A stretch of DNA of 64,000 nucleotides. Origin: Octopus sinensis (Eukaryota). This document shows positions 36,505-48,929 of the stretch, in pieces. Each line of letters opens with the position of its first letter. Within the stretch, counting starts at the first letter, position 1. A program made the position numbers and the translations under genes. The stretch spans positions 171,802,001 through 171,866,000 of the forward strand of contig NC_042999.1 in NCBI RefSeq assembly GCF_006345805.1, written 5' to 3'. The notes beneath the pieces are model-generated. The model did no database searches. It was not told the DNA's origin and saw only the letters and a list, made by a program, of their open reading frames with translations.

Positions 36505-38757
36505 TATATATAGGGAAATATATATATATATATATATATATATCAACTCGTGTGTTCCTTTTCAACCTTCTACATATATATATATATATATATATATTAT
36601 GTATATAGTGACAGATAAATGGATATGTGTGTGTAATGTATGTATACAAGTATGTATGTATGTTTGTAGGTAGGTAGGCAGGTAGGTAGGTGGGTAGGTA
36701 CGTACGTACAAAGTAAATATATAAAGTTTTGGTCTAAGCCACGAAGCCCTATCACTGTCTTGTAGGCAAATAAAATATCATTTTAAAATCACCTCAGATT
36801 GTCAAACAATTTGTTACGGAATGTAGTTACAAAGCTTTATAGAAAGGTTCTACAGGCATGATTGCACTGCCTTATCCAACAATGTGACATCGTATTCGGT
36901 TTTAATACTATAAGTGTACACGGGTCTGTAAACTGGTTAACTAATAATATATAGATTACATAGGAAGAAATTCAGTTAATTGAAATAATTTTCAACATTA
37001 TCAGGCGCTGTATGTTTACTCACAACGCAAACACACATATACATACTTATTTACATTCTTACACACAGAAGAGCGTACACAAATATGCACACATATATGT
37101 ATAAGAAATAAAGATTAGAATTTATAGAAATTATAAATATGAAGATTTATTTAAATTTAAATTAATACACTTAACCGGTTAAAATTTTTACGATTTTCAA
37201 ATCTTACTATTTTGGAAATTATACACATAAGAAACTAGTTAAGTGTGTTAACTTTAATTGAAATAAATCTGCAAATATATTCTCTTTGTATTTTCAACTT
37301 CCTTTATTTCTGTTATATTACCACTTGTATGGGTTTGTAACTATTTCTTTCGCTTTCTCTCTCTCTCTATGTATATCTCTCTCTCTTTCTTTCTCTTTCT
37401 CACTCTCTCTCCCTCACTATATCTTAATTTGGTATGAAAGTACTGCCGCATTAAAGATGAGAGAGATCAAAACTTTATTCCGTTTTTAAATTAATATATT
37501 CAACCATGGTAATATTTCCCTTCATTTACCACAACAAAATCTCATTTATCTGGAAAAATATTGATCTCTCAGACGTGAAATTCTTTTGGATTCAATATAA
37601 AGATACACTCAAAATAATTTTCTTAATCGCTTTACTATTAATAAACCTGTTTCCCTCTAAATAATATTGCAATGATCTCAAAAGATATTTGTCATATGGA
37701 ACAAAGCCAGACGAATAAAGAGAATTAGATAAAATTTCCTTATTTAATAGTGCGATCTGCGCTTCACTCACTCCGACAATATGTAGTCCTTCATTTTCTT
37801 GTGAAATAAAGCATCCCTTTACGAGTGACCAACTATCAGTGCTTTTTTCTGCAAAGTTTTGTGCAGTGACTGCTCCATTTTGGTTTAACACTTCATGATA
37901 GACAAAAATATTCATGCCTCACAAAATTCAAAATATAACTTCTTTCAAGAATAGTCCTAATTTTGGAAAGAACTTCTTTTTATTGTGTACTAACCATTGC
38001 TGTTTTCCTTGAGTATGATTACAGTGGAACCGACTTTCGTCACTTTTCATAATTCTATCAGCAAAGTTTCGGTATTAGAAATATCCATTCATCACAAGGT
38101 GAGAAAAATTGTTTCATTAAACTGAAAAGCTATCTAATGATTAAGGACACACTGGTAAGCATTAGGCAGTTTTGCTCGCTTAGGCATATATAACCTTCAC
38201 TTTATCTAGTTGTTTGATATTACAGATATAAGCTCTAAATCACAGATACTACAATACATAACGACATAACAAGGAAACTGTGTTCTTTATTCTCAGTTTT
38301 GCAATTCTACGAAATGGAGAAACTTTAATATGTGTCGAGAAAATTAGTAATACACGATGGACTTGAAAAAGAAAAACAATAATTATGGCGTGATTCTATA
38401 TTTCAAAGTACATTACACGGAAGACTTTATGGACAACCAAGTGATATGTTAGAGAAAACCAGTAACATGTGTTCTCGAACAAATTCTGTTTTCCATGTAG
38501 AAAAATTAACCTAGGTTGCAAAACAATGAGTGGAATGTTTCCTACTACTAGTAGATATAAATTTTTTCAGATTCCATTTGACGTACACGAACTTTTGGCA
38601 TTAGTGAACTTCTTGATATAGTTGCCAAGTATCTATATTCTCGCAAAAGAAATCACATGAATGTATGAATCTATATATCACTGTACGTATGAATAAGTGT
38701 ATGTAGGATGTATATGTATATCTATATCTATCTATCAATTTATCTCTCTCTATATAA

Positions 38758-38805
<48 letters not shown>

Positions 38806-39245
38806 CTATACGTATATACTTACATACACACAAAGCCAGCACATACTGAAGCAAAAATATATTTATCTAGGTGCGTATATAGATGAAATCCGCTCATAGA
38901 TATATAAATATACATACACTTATGTGTGTATATGAGTGTGTACATATATTCGCGTGCGTGTGTGTGTGTATATGTGTATGTGTGTGGATGTGAGTAGAAC
39001 TTGTTTCATTCGACTTGCGATTTTCAATCTCAGACAACATGCCTCCCTGGATAGTTCCATTATCTAAATGTATTGGAACCAAGACATCAGAGTGAATAGA
39101 TTGATTGATGGCATTAAAAGATATTACGTACTTCTTTCTTTTCTATTATTTTTATTTTTGTTCTTGAAGCACAAATATATACGCACCTTCATAAAATCCT
39201 GCAAGCACTTATATATATATATAATATATATATATATATTATATA

Positions 39246-39280
<35 letters not shown>

Positions 39281-40264
39281 AGCATATCCACATGCTTGTG
39301 TTTCTGTGCGTTTGGTATATATATATACGTGTGTGTGTTTATATCTACATCTATGTATCTAATGTCCTCCTGTACATATATACATGTGTGTGTTACATAA
39401 CATCAAAATATAGATACATACGTTTATGCATATATGTGAGTATCTGCGTTTGTGCTTTTGAGTATGCTATGTGTGTGTATGTGTGTGCATGTGTGCTTGC
39501 GTGTATATATGTGTGTGTACTTGTATGCGTGTGCATGTGTTTTTTTTGTGTGTGTGTGTGTGCTTCACCGATCAGATGCCTATCAGCTTCAGAATATGGT
39601 TATATTCGCCTTTACTTTATTTCACAAATGCGTTTTTCAAATACACTTGAAACATAGACTCTCAATATATCCTAACATATAGAATTGCAATTGCAACATA
39701 TTTTGTTGTTTTGTTTTATGTCCTTTCAGATAATGTTTGTGGTTCCGCTTATGTTGCATCTGTCCCTCACGAATACAGTCTTTATATTAGAAATATTTAA
39801 AGAATATTCGGAAGCATTACCGTTTTACCTCCCAACCGCACCATAATATACATTCTTGGATAATATTTTCGGTTGCTACATGCAGTCTTCGTACTTGTAT
39901 TTCCTATTGTGCGTGTTTATGAGGTTCGACATATCCCTATAACAATGTCTGAATTATGAAATTGAAGAAAGAAATATTAACTCCCAACAGTTATGATGAG
40001 TTTTCCTGTGGGCTTTGTTCGTAAAAAATTGCTAGAACACGCTGATTCTAACATTTCTATACGCTTCATCCCACAGGAAATTCTATATCCTAAAGCTGAG
40101 ATATTTTCTTTTATCAATCAATATTTCTTGAGGTGGATTTCCAACAGAGTTTATTTCCTTGTTAACCAAATTTTTCCTGTAAAGTTGCTTCCTCTACTTT
40201 ATTCGCATTTCTATTTATGATACAGACTGGACCAAAAGATTAAAACTCACTTGATCATATTGCA

Positions 40265-40465
40265 TATAATAGGGTGGTGGGCTGACATAATTGTTAGCAC
40301 GCCGGACAAAATGTTTAGCGGCATTTCGTCCATCTTTACATTCTGAGTTCAAATTCCGCCGGGGTTGACTTTACCTCGCATCGATTTGAGTGTGATAAAA
40401 TAAGTAATAATCGACTTATATTCCCACCCCCACCGAAATTGCAAGCTTTGTGCCAAGATTTGAAA
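40265..40465 (+). mobile_element. tRNA-derived SINE (family 2), decayed
   Basis: TTGTTAGCACGCCGG..GAGTTCAAATTCCGCC (B box)..CTTTGTGCCAAGATTTGAAA; same family as 58752-58963. Confidence 0.75.
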
Positions 40466-42714
40466 GCAATGTATTTTGCAAATAATAAGATGATTAAGAA
40501 TAAAAACGGCAGATTATAAACATCTCAAATGCTTTGGTGCGGGACACTTAGCCCACCCTGTATAATGTGCTATAACGTAGAGGCAATGACAGAATTTTAT
40601 TCAAACTTTTAGAATTGAACCCGTAATAACTTTAATTTAGCCTGGAGCAAAATATAATTTATTCTTCTACTAATCATTCCATTTTGTATTAAAGGATAAT
40701 CGGCACCTAGGCAAACGCTGTCCAGAACCAAAGATACGATTATCATGGGTGGATTGGTTTTGGTATAATTTATTAGATTAAAGGTTGAACAGTATAAACT
40801 TTTGAATATTGCGCTTGAATTCTATTTATATCGACCCTTCATAGGTTTCCTTGTATTTGCAAAATGAAGGAAAAAATATGAACATCAAACAATTGGGATT
40901 CCACATCAGTATGACATTCGACCTGATTGCTAGACAAACAAGATTTTTATTTCTTTTCTTTACGTTGTACCTAATGTGTTAGAATTATAGTAGATACATT
41001 CGTACGTATCGTATAGGTATTTACTTTTCCAAGGCATACGACTCTGTTTTGATCTGTTGCCTTTTGCTCTTAATAATGATTTATATTATACATATCTCGT
41101 CATCTAAGATGGAAATACCTGACAAAAATACCATTAAAATATATAAATAGAAATATGATATTTCTTATAAGGAAACAAAGAAATAAAATTTGCTTTTCAC
41201 CTTAGGAAACAAGGAAGTAGGAAGAAAACTAGCTGCATCAAAGTTAAAGATTTTATAAGAGTAAAACAACAGGCATTCTGGTGAGAACACATGCTAGAGT
41301 CGCAACAGAATTCCAGAGATAGGATAAAAAAAAAATGAGTGAAAAAGTGTGTCAGAAAAAAATTAAACTAAAGTGAAATTCAATTTTAAATCAAATCTTA
41401 TATGCGAAACATTAAAACAGATAGTCTCATTTCAGCTAAACATGAACAAATGACTCAGGAGTAGCAGTGCATTCAAAAATTGTGCATGTTAACTTTGTGA
41501 TTCATAGTCAATGCACCTATGCAGGGATATGCGCAAGCATGTACCACCACAGATATCGGTACATATTTTTATTAATAAAATTTTATGTGAGACACTAGAT
41601 CCCCATAGCAATCATCCGATCTTTGTCCCACCCTCACTCCACTCTCTGCCCATTGTATAGCTCAGCTGCTACTAGTTTGTTCGCGAGACACAGAAAAATA
41701 CATAAGTAAACCTATAAAACTCGATTGGGTGGTCACATCTACAATATCATTTCATCATAGATTTCATCAATGCGAAATAACTTTACTTACAACCTTGTAG
41801 ACATGCTGTCAGGCAGTATATAGATTATATTATATTAATCTGCATACCTATGTTGTGAGATTTAATTTAGATGTATATAAAATGTATGCTCATTTGAATC
41901 AATTGTTCCTTTGCAGCTTTACGTTATTCAACACCGCCCAAAGCACATTCATCAGAAATCAATAAAAATTAAAAATTTCAACGAAGATATGCTAATTAAA
42001 ACATAGCAGACCCCCCACACAATTACCTATATTGAAACACACACATGTACGCTGACAGACACGCACATATCTTCCAACATATATATTTATATGTACAAGC
42101 ATAGACAAATATACATACGTAGTTATATGCACGTATGAATAAGTATATATGTATTTTGCGACTTAATATAGACGTAAAGCACGTATCTGAATATGTATAC
42201 ATTGATATACATACCTTCACTGGTGTTTTTGTTTGACTTAATCTTTCTCTTCACAGTATCAGCTTTGTATATTATAGTATTGGACCTCTTGCTCTGCCGC
42301 TATCCTTAAAATTCCTGCCTTTTCGAAAACAGGTTCAGCTAAACTTTTCATAATTCTTGCGAAGCTAATGCTATGTAGATTCGCATGCTTCATAGTTTAG
42401 TGAAATTATGGAGCGTTATTACACATTTATTAAGGTTGCACATCTTATTAATATGGCTGCTCATTTTGTTTTCAGTGGTGTGGATCTAATTCTGTTGGTA
42501 AAACCGATAATTTTCTAGAGTGATACTCGAGTTCCTTAAATTACTTGCTTTTTCTAATAATGTACTGAAAAATCTCTCGTTACAACAATTAATAAATTCG
42601 TGGATGTAAGTGGAGGTGTTTAAAGTAATTAGCAATCCACATTAAATTTAGTGTTCTAGCAATGGGATTGTACCTAGATTTTTTGCAACTCTAAAACATC
42701 AACAATTCATCTTT

Positions 42715-43110
42715 TATCTTCCATCTTTTATCGTTTCAATCATTCGACTGCGTTCATGCTGTGGCACCACCGTGAGCTTTTAGTCGAATGTATCAACCCC
42801 AGTACTTATAGTTTTTAAAGCCAAGTAGATACTTACTTCATCGACCCTTTTTGCCGAACGCTAAGGTATGGGGACGTAAACATACCTGTACCGGTTGCCA
42901 AGTCGTGATGAGGGGCAAGCACGGACACAAACACACAAATACAATACACATACACACGCTCTCACACACAGACGCTCAAACACACACACTAACACACACA
43001 CACGCACACAGGGTTTCCATCTACCAAATACACTCATAAGGTTTTGGTTGACCCAAGAATATAGTAGAGAACACTTGTCCGAGATACTACGCAGTGGGAC
43101 TGAATGTTTA
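42715..43110 (-). mobile_element. Family-1 SINE, decayed
   Basis: Reverse complement aligns by eye to 5817-6245 (CCCACTGCGT, TTTGGTAGA, TTTACGTCCCC, TTCGGCAAAA, CAGCATG). Confidence 0.75.
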
Positions 43111-43204
43111 TTACTGCAATAGTCAGTTTCTCTCTCGAAATCCTTGGAATGTTTCTTTATTCACTTCGTATGCGACGGACCCTCGGTTATTAATTTTGAG
43201 AAAG

Positions 43205-43430
43205 AAACTATGCCATTTATTCTTTTATTTGTTTCAACGATTTGAATTCGGCCATGCTGGAGTAGCACCTTGAAGGGTTTTAGTCGAACAAAACGTCCCC
43301 CAGACTGATATTCGAAACCTAGTATTATTCTGTTGGTCTCTTTTGCCGAACTTACGGGGACATAAACACACCAACACCGGTTGCCAAGTTGTGATGGGTG
43401 GGATAAAAATAGCCACAAAGGCACACACAT
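43205..43430 (-). mobile_element. 3' half of a family-1 SINE
   Basis: Reverse complement shows TTGGCAACCGG..TTCGGCAAAAGAGACC..CTCCAGCATGGCCG. Confidence 0.7.
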
Positions 43431-44046
43431 AAATATATACATACATGTTGAACCGCTATCTCTACACATTATTTCTGTCTTCGTTCTTTCTTCCCACATT
43501 TCTTTTTTGCATTATCTTTCCGTTTTTTCCTCTTTATTCAAGAAAAAACATTTTCTTTGTAATGAATTTCTTTGTAGGGATATGTTATTCAAGCAGGAAC
43601 CAATTTTGCTCTATTATCAAATGATGATTCTGCATATTATTCGTGTGGTTATGTAATAATATTCTTCGTTTATCTGTTTTACAGTTTTAGTACTTTTCAC
43701 TTTCGAGAATCCAGTTTTCTCTATGGAGACTTAATTCTTTCTTATATAGGAGAAATAGCTTAAACATATAACTGAAACCATACCATTCAATCTGAATATA
43801 TTCTCCTTTCGAGAGAAGCAAAAAAAAAAAAAAAAATAGCGCCAATATGACTAGAAGAGGTCAATGCATTATAACACCATAATGCTCTTTAAAGGTGAAA
43901 ATATGGACAATAACAATTGACCGAAACGTAATGTAGGCGAAAAGTAATAACTTATTTATTGACTGCACTGTGATTAAAAAATTATTCTATGTATATTCTC
44001 TGTCGTCTTTTAGCTATTACTATATATTTACATATATGTATATATA

Positions 44047-44087
<41 letters not shown>

Positions 44088-44118
44088 TATATATATATGC
44101 ATTCATACATATATACAT

Positions 44119-44168
<50 letters not shown>

Positions 44169-44655
44169 CAAAGTGGAGTTGTTGGGTACCGCACGAGTGG
44201 AATTATATACGAAAGAAGGTTTGAAAATGCAATTTAAAAGATGTTTATTCACTTTACCGGTTTCACTCTTTGGAAAAAGATTGTCAAAAGTAACATGTAG
44301 AATTTTGGTTGCGTTAATTATTGGTTGTTACAAATTGCTACATTACATATATACAGTCTTTGGTAACAGGGACATGTTAAGGACATAAAAAAGTTCAACA
44401 AGTTCCTTAAAATGTTAGGCACAAAAGATTACTACATAAATAATCGTTCTCAAGGACATGCTTAATATAGTTTCCAGAAGGAATTGATATTGGTATTGGT
44501 ATTGTATCTGTATATTCAAACATGCACAGAATATTGGTTGACACGGAGTACTACAACCCATATAAATATACATTCTTTGGTGACAAGAGCATGTTGAGAA
44601 TATAAAAAAGTTTAACAAGCTCATACAAATAATGGGCACAAAAGAATACAACAAA

Positions 44656-45758
44656 TCTATATATATAAAACTGTAGTTGTGTGAGTGTCTGTCCCCTTCG
44701 ATTTAGATTCCTAACTACTCCCACATTTTGCGATGCAGTTTAACCAAATTCGGGTATCTTATAGTCGTGATTCATATCGAGCCCGTCTGCGTATTAGCGC
44801 GCGTCTACGATGAGTCTACGATTTTAAGAATAATTTAACATCATTTTTATTCCATTTTAATGCATATTTTTTCGTGTGTCGATGGCGGCGGAGTTGGCGT
44901 CCACGCTCACAGCTGCACCTGTGTTGCTTCTCCCCCTTCTTCCCTCCCTCGTGAAGCTGTGGGGAAGGGAGTGTAAGGAAATCAACGTCGTAATGCGTTG
45001 TCAAGGAGACCAGCGTTCTTTTAGAACAACGACTTCATGGCTTGAAGTCGCCAAAACAGAAATCGCTACAAAAGCTGAAACAGATCCACAAAAACGGTAA
45101 TTACCGCCACACAGAGCAGGTATCCTGTGCAAACAATTTGCACAACCGAATGTTTTAGTTGTTGCACAAATATTTATATATAAAAGTAAGGTTGTGTGTC
45201 TGTCTCCTACGGTTTAGATTCCTAACTACTCCCACATTTTGCGGTGCAGTTTAACCAAAACCGGGTATCTTATAGTCGTGATTTATATCGAGCCCTTCTG
45301 GGTATTAGCGCGCGTCTACGATGAGTCTACGATTTAAAAAAAAATTACCATAATTTTTTTCCATTTTAATGCATTTTATTCGCTGTTATATAAGGGAAGT
45401 AACTTTCTAAAAATGTCTACGATGAGTCAACGATTTAAAAAAAAATTACCATCCTTTTTTTCCATTTTGATGCATTTTTTCGCTATTATATAAGGGAAGT
45501 AACACTCTAAAAATATCTACGATGAGTCTACGATTTAAAAAAAATTACCATCATTTTTTTCCATTTTAATGCATTTTTTCGCTATTAAATAAGGGAAGTA
45601 ACTCTCTAAAAATGTCTACGATGAGTCAACGATTTAAAAAAAAAATTACCATCATTTTTTTTCCATTTTTTTTTGCTATTTTTTGGCTATAACTCTCTAA
45701 AAATGCTTATATAGTTATTTCCCTTACAAACCCGAGCAACGTCGGGCGATACTGCTAG
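44656..45758 (+). mobile_element. Composite non-autonomous Helitron
   Basis: A|TCTATATATA start; hairpin CCCGAGCAACGTCGGG (45731-45746) 8 nt before the CTAG|T end; a second 5'-end copy begins near 45172; about four ~105-bp tandem units at 45315-45700. Confidence 0.9.
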
Positions 45759-46029
45759 TATATTATACATTCTCAAGATAATTTCCAGAAGAACGTATCA
45801 AAAATGTTCAGTATACACATACAGAATATCATGAGTTCAAAAAGATTTACATTATAATAGTAGTGAAGCTAAAACTGACCTGTCCGCTATGGTAGCGTAA
45901 AAGAATATTATCTATTTCAAGGGACACAGTAGGTGTGTTTGGTTGGGGGGAAAAGGAGGAGTAATGTGGAACTGAAAAGAATTTACCCTTTTTTTGTCTC
46001 TCCTTCAAGCATCAATGATTTAAGGGTCA

Positions 46030-46708
46030 GGATGGGGTGAGTGTGTGTGTGTATACATATGTGGTGTGAATAGATGTGTCTGTGTGTCTGTAAGATCTGG
46101 TAGGATGGTGTGTGTATATGTGCGTCCGTTTGTCAACCGCGTGTGTGGTTGTCTTGGTGTTGTGTGTGTGTGTGTGTATGTATGTATGTGTGTGGATGGC
46201 ATTTGGCATGGTGCTGCGTGTGTATATGTGTGTCTGTATGGAGGTGAGATTGGTGTGAGTGTGTGTGTCCTTGTGTGTGTGTGTGTATATATATGTATAC
46301 ATAAGTTGTGTGTGTGTGGAGGGGCTCTTCTTGATTGGTTCAGAGCTCCATTGTGGTGTAAATAGATGTGTGTTATTTAAATAATTTTTTGGGGTAGTAT
46401 GGTGTGTGTATATGTCTGCCCGTTTGTGTGTATGTGTGTGGTTAATGTTTATTAGTGTGTTGCGTGTGCGTTAGTGTACATGTGTTTGTTCGTATGTGTG
46501 TCCATGTCTTTTGGGTGTATCTGTGTGGCATGTGTGTATATGCGTTTTGCGTGAGTTGGTATTGAGTATGTGCCTGTGTGTGTGCGTATATATGGTGTGG
46601 CTGTATGTGTCTTTGCGCGTGTACATATATGTATACATGCGCTTATGTGTGTGTGTGGGCCATATATCATATATACAAACACATGTATATATATACACAC
46701 ACACAAGG

Positions 46709-46760
<52 letters not shown>
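46030..46760. repeat. Degenerate GT-rich low-complexity block with a ~300-bp internal duplication
   Basis: GGTGTGTGTATATGTxxGxCCGTTTG and AATAGATGTGT each occur twice about 290-310 bp apart. Confidence 0.75.
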
Positions 46761-46765
<5 letters not shown>

Positions 46766-47497
46766 GAGTGAGACATCGATAGATATAGAGTTGCGGAAAA
46801 ATTGTCTCTAGGGCAAAAATGAGCATTTTCTGATTTCTTAATTTTATTTTCTCTCCATTACATATTTGAAAGCTTTATATTGCAAGTAATTTATCATTAT
46901 TTTGTGCAGTTGCTTCTTAGTTTGGAATAAAAAGTCGTCAGTATTTTATTCGTCGCTGAAATTCAGAGGGTTTCGTGCTGTCAAGTGAAACGTATTTATT
47001 CTTTCAAGAAAAGTTGCATTACCTGTGACCTGATTGTAACTAAGATTGTTAATAACATATCCGGATAATTTTTGCTGTCTGTTTAATAATCAATATTCAT
47101 TTTTCTTTTGAAGTGAGATTGCAAGTCAATTTTTTTGCTACACTAATATCTGAATAGATAAATATCACTTTTCAAAATGATGCCTAAATTAATGTAAACT
47201 GAGTAATAGCTAATTTCACTAATTCCTTTCATTTAACTCCGTTGTTTAACTCCATATCTGGAAAAGCACAAGGAAGCTATAGGAAATATTTGCTGTAGAA
47301 GTCTTAGATTTTGTCAAGTTTGTTTAAGTACATATCATGTAGACATTTTCCAATACCCTCTTTTCATTGACAAAGACATTTCTAATTTTTGCTGCATTTC
47401 TGATCTTTCTGATGTCTGAGATATGGATATTGATATATGTGAGTCTTTTCCCAAAGTAATTTATGCAGTAAATTTTATTCATTTTGCCCCTGCTCCT

Positions 47498-47917
47498 ATA
47501 CATATATTGATGTTTGTTTTTATAGTATAACAAAATCAATTCAAAGCTAAATAATATTAGGATTACTTAATACATTAGGTAGAGTCAAAGTATATCCTTC
47601 TCTAACAAAAATAGTACTGACAATTACTTCGACGTTTTTGCTCGCTAAGCCTTCATCTGACTATCTGAAGATGGACCAGCCATCCGAAACGTTTAAATCA
47701 CCCGTAATTCTATTAAATCCAATACGAAATGTAAAATGCGGCTGTGTGGTAAGAAGCTTGCTTCCCTACCACATTGATCCAGGTTAATCCCCACTGCGTG
47801 GCATCTTAGGCATATGTATTCTACTATAGCTTAAATCAGACCAAATCCTTGTGAGTGGATTTGGTGGATGCAGACTGAAGGAATGTCGTCGTATATATAT
47901 ATATATATTATATATAT

Positions 47918-47955
<38 letters not shown>

Positions 47956-48349
47956 CGACGACATTCCTTCAGTCTGCATCCACCAAATCCACTCACAAGG
48001 ATTTGGTCTGATTTAAGCTATAGTAGAATACATATGCCTAAGATGCCACGCAGTGGGGATTAACCTGGATCAATGTGGTTGGGAAGCAAGCTTCTTACAC
48101 ACAGCCGCATTTTACATTTCGTATTGGATTTAATAGAATTACGGGTGATTTAAACGTTTCGGATGGCTGGTCCATCTTCAGATAGTCAGATGAAGGCTTA
48201 GCGAGCAAAAACGTCGAAGTAATTGGTCAGTACTATTTTTTAGAGAAGGATATACTTTGACTCTACCTAATGTATTAAGTAATCCTAATATTATTTAGCT
48301 TTGAATTGATTTGTTATACTATAAAAACAAACATCAATATATATATGTA
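47498..48349. repeat. ~850-bp near-perfect palindrome centred on a (TA)n tract
   Basis: 47500-47890 is the reverse complement of 47955-48349, with about 6 small differences, mostly indels. Confidence 0.97.
47735..47892 (+). mobile_element. Family-1 SINE 5' half (mirrored at ~47955-48110 by the palindrome)
   Basis: GCGGCTGTGTGGTAAGAAGCTTG..CCCACTGCGTGGCATCTT..GTGAGTGGATTTGG followed by (TA)n. Confidence 0.85.
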
Positions 48350-48635
48350 AAGTTGAAACTCAGAGGGAGATTCCACGTGGTGGTAAATATAAAATTGGAT
48401 TTAAGGTAAAAAAGGAGAGAAATCTTGCTTGTGTAGATAAAGATTCAATGTCATGAAATCATGAAATCATAATGTTTTGATTTATCTTGCGTAGAAGCAA
48501 AGATGAAACAGTTTTGCGTTTATACAGAGGAGTATAGCTCAAGGGGATTAACTAAATGGATAATCACTGGATATATTTATTAACTAAGAGGTGGTAAATT
48601 TTTCCCCCTTTTCTAATTTTTATTTGTGAATTCCA

Positions 48636-48850
48636 CTAAATATTCATGTTGTGTTCTGGTTTGTATTTTTCGATAAATGCGGCCAATTTATTTAGCCGTT
48701 GATGAGTTGAGATCCTTTCCGAGCAATGGCATAATGGGAATATTGTGAATTGTAGATGGCGTAACTTAGAACATCTTAGCATATGACCACTGAGTGGTAT
48801 TTCACAGCATTGAGGGTGGTAGATTTGTCGTCTGTGTAGTGTAGGTATAC
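48636..48850 (-). mobile_element. Penelope-like GIY-YIG C-terminal fragment
   Basis: TLHRRQIYHPQCCEIPLSGHM..TIFPLCHC..FIEKYKPEHN parallels RMALHRSQI..FITKYKPLLN of the 35285-36430 element. Confidence 0.65.
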
Positions 48851-48929
48851 GTCTGCGGGACATTCCTGTTGCGCCTATATAGTTTCTACTGCAGCCGGAA
48901 CATGTTATGATGCAGATGAGATTTTCAGA

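Noticed and set aside
45315-45700. Regular ~105-bp repeat array
   Set aside because: The units are contiguous without unique spacers and lie inside a Helitron; not a CRISPR array.
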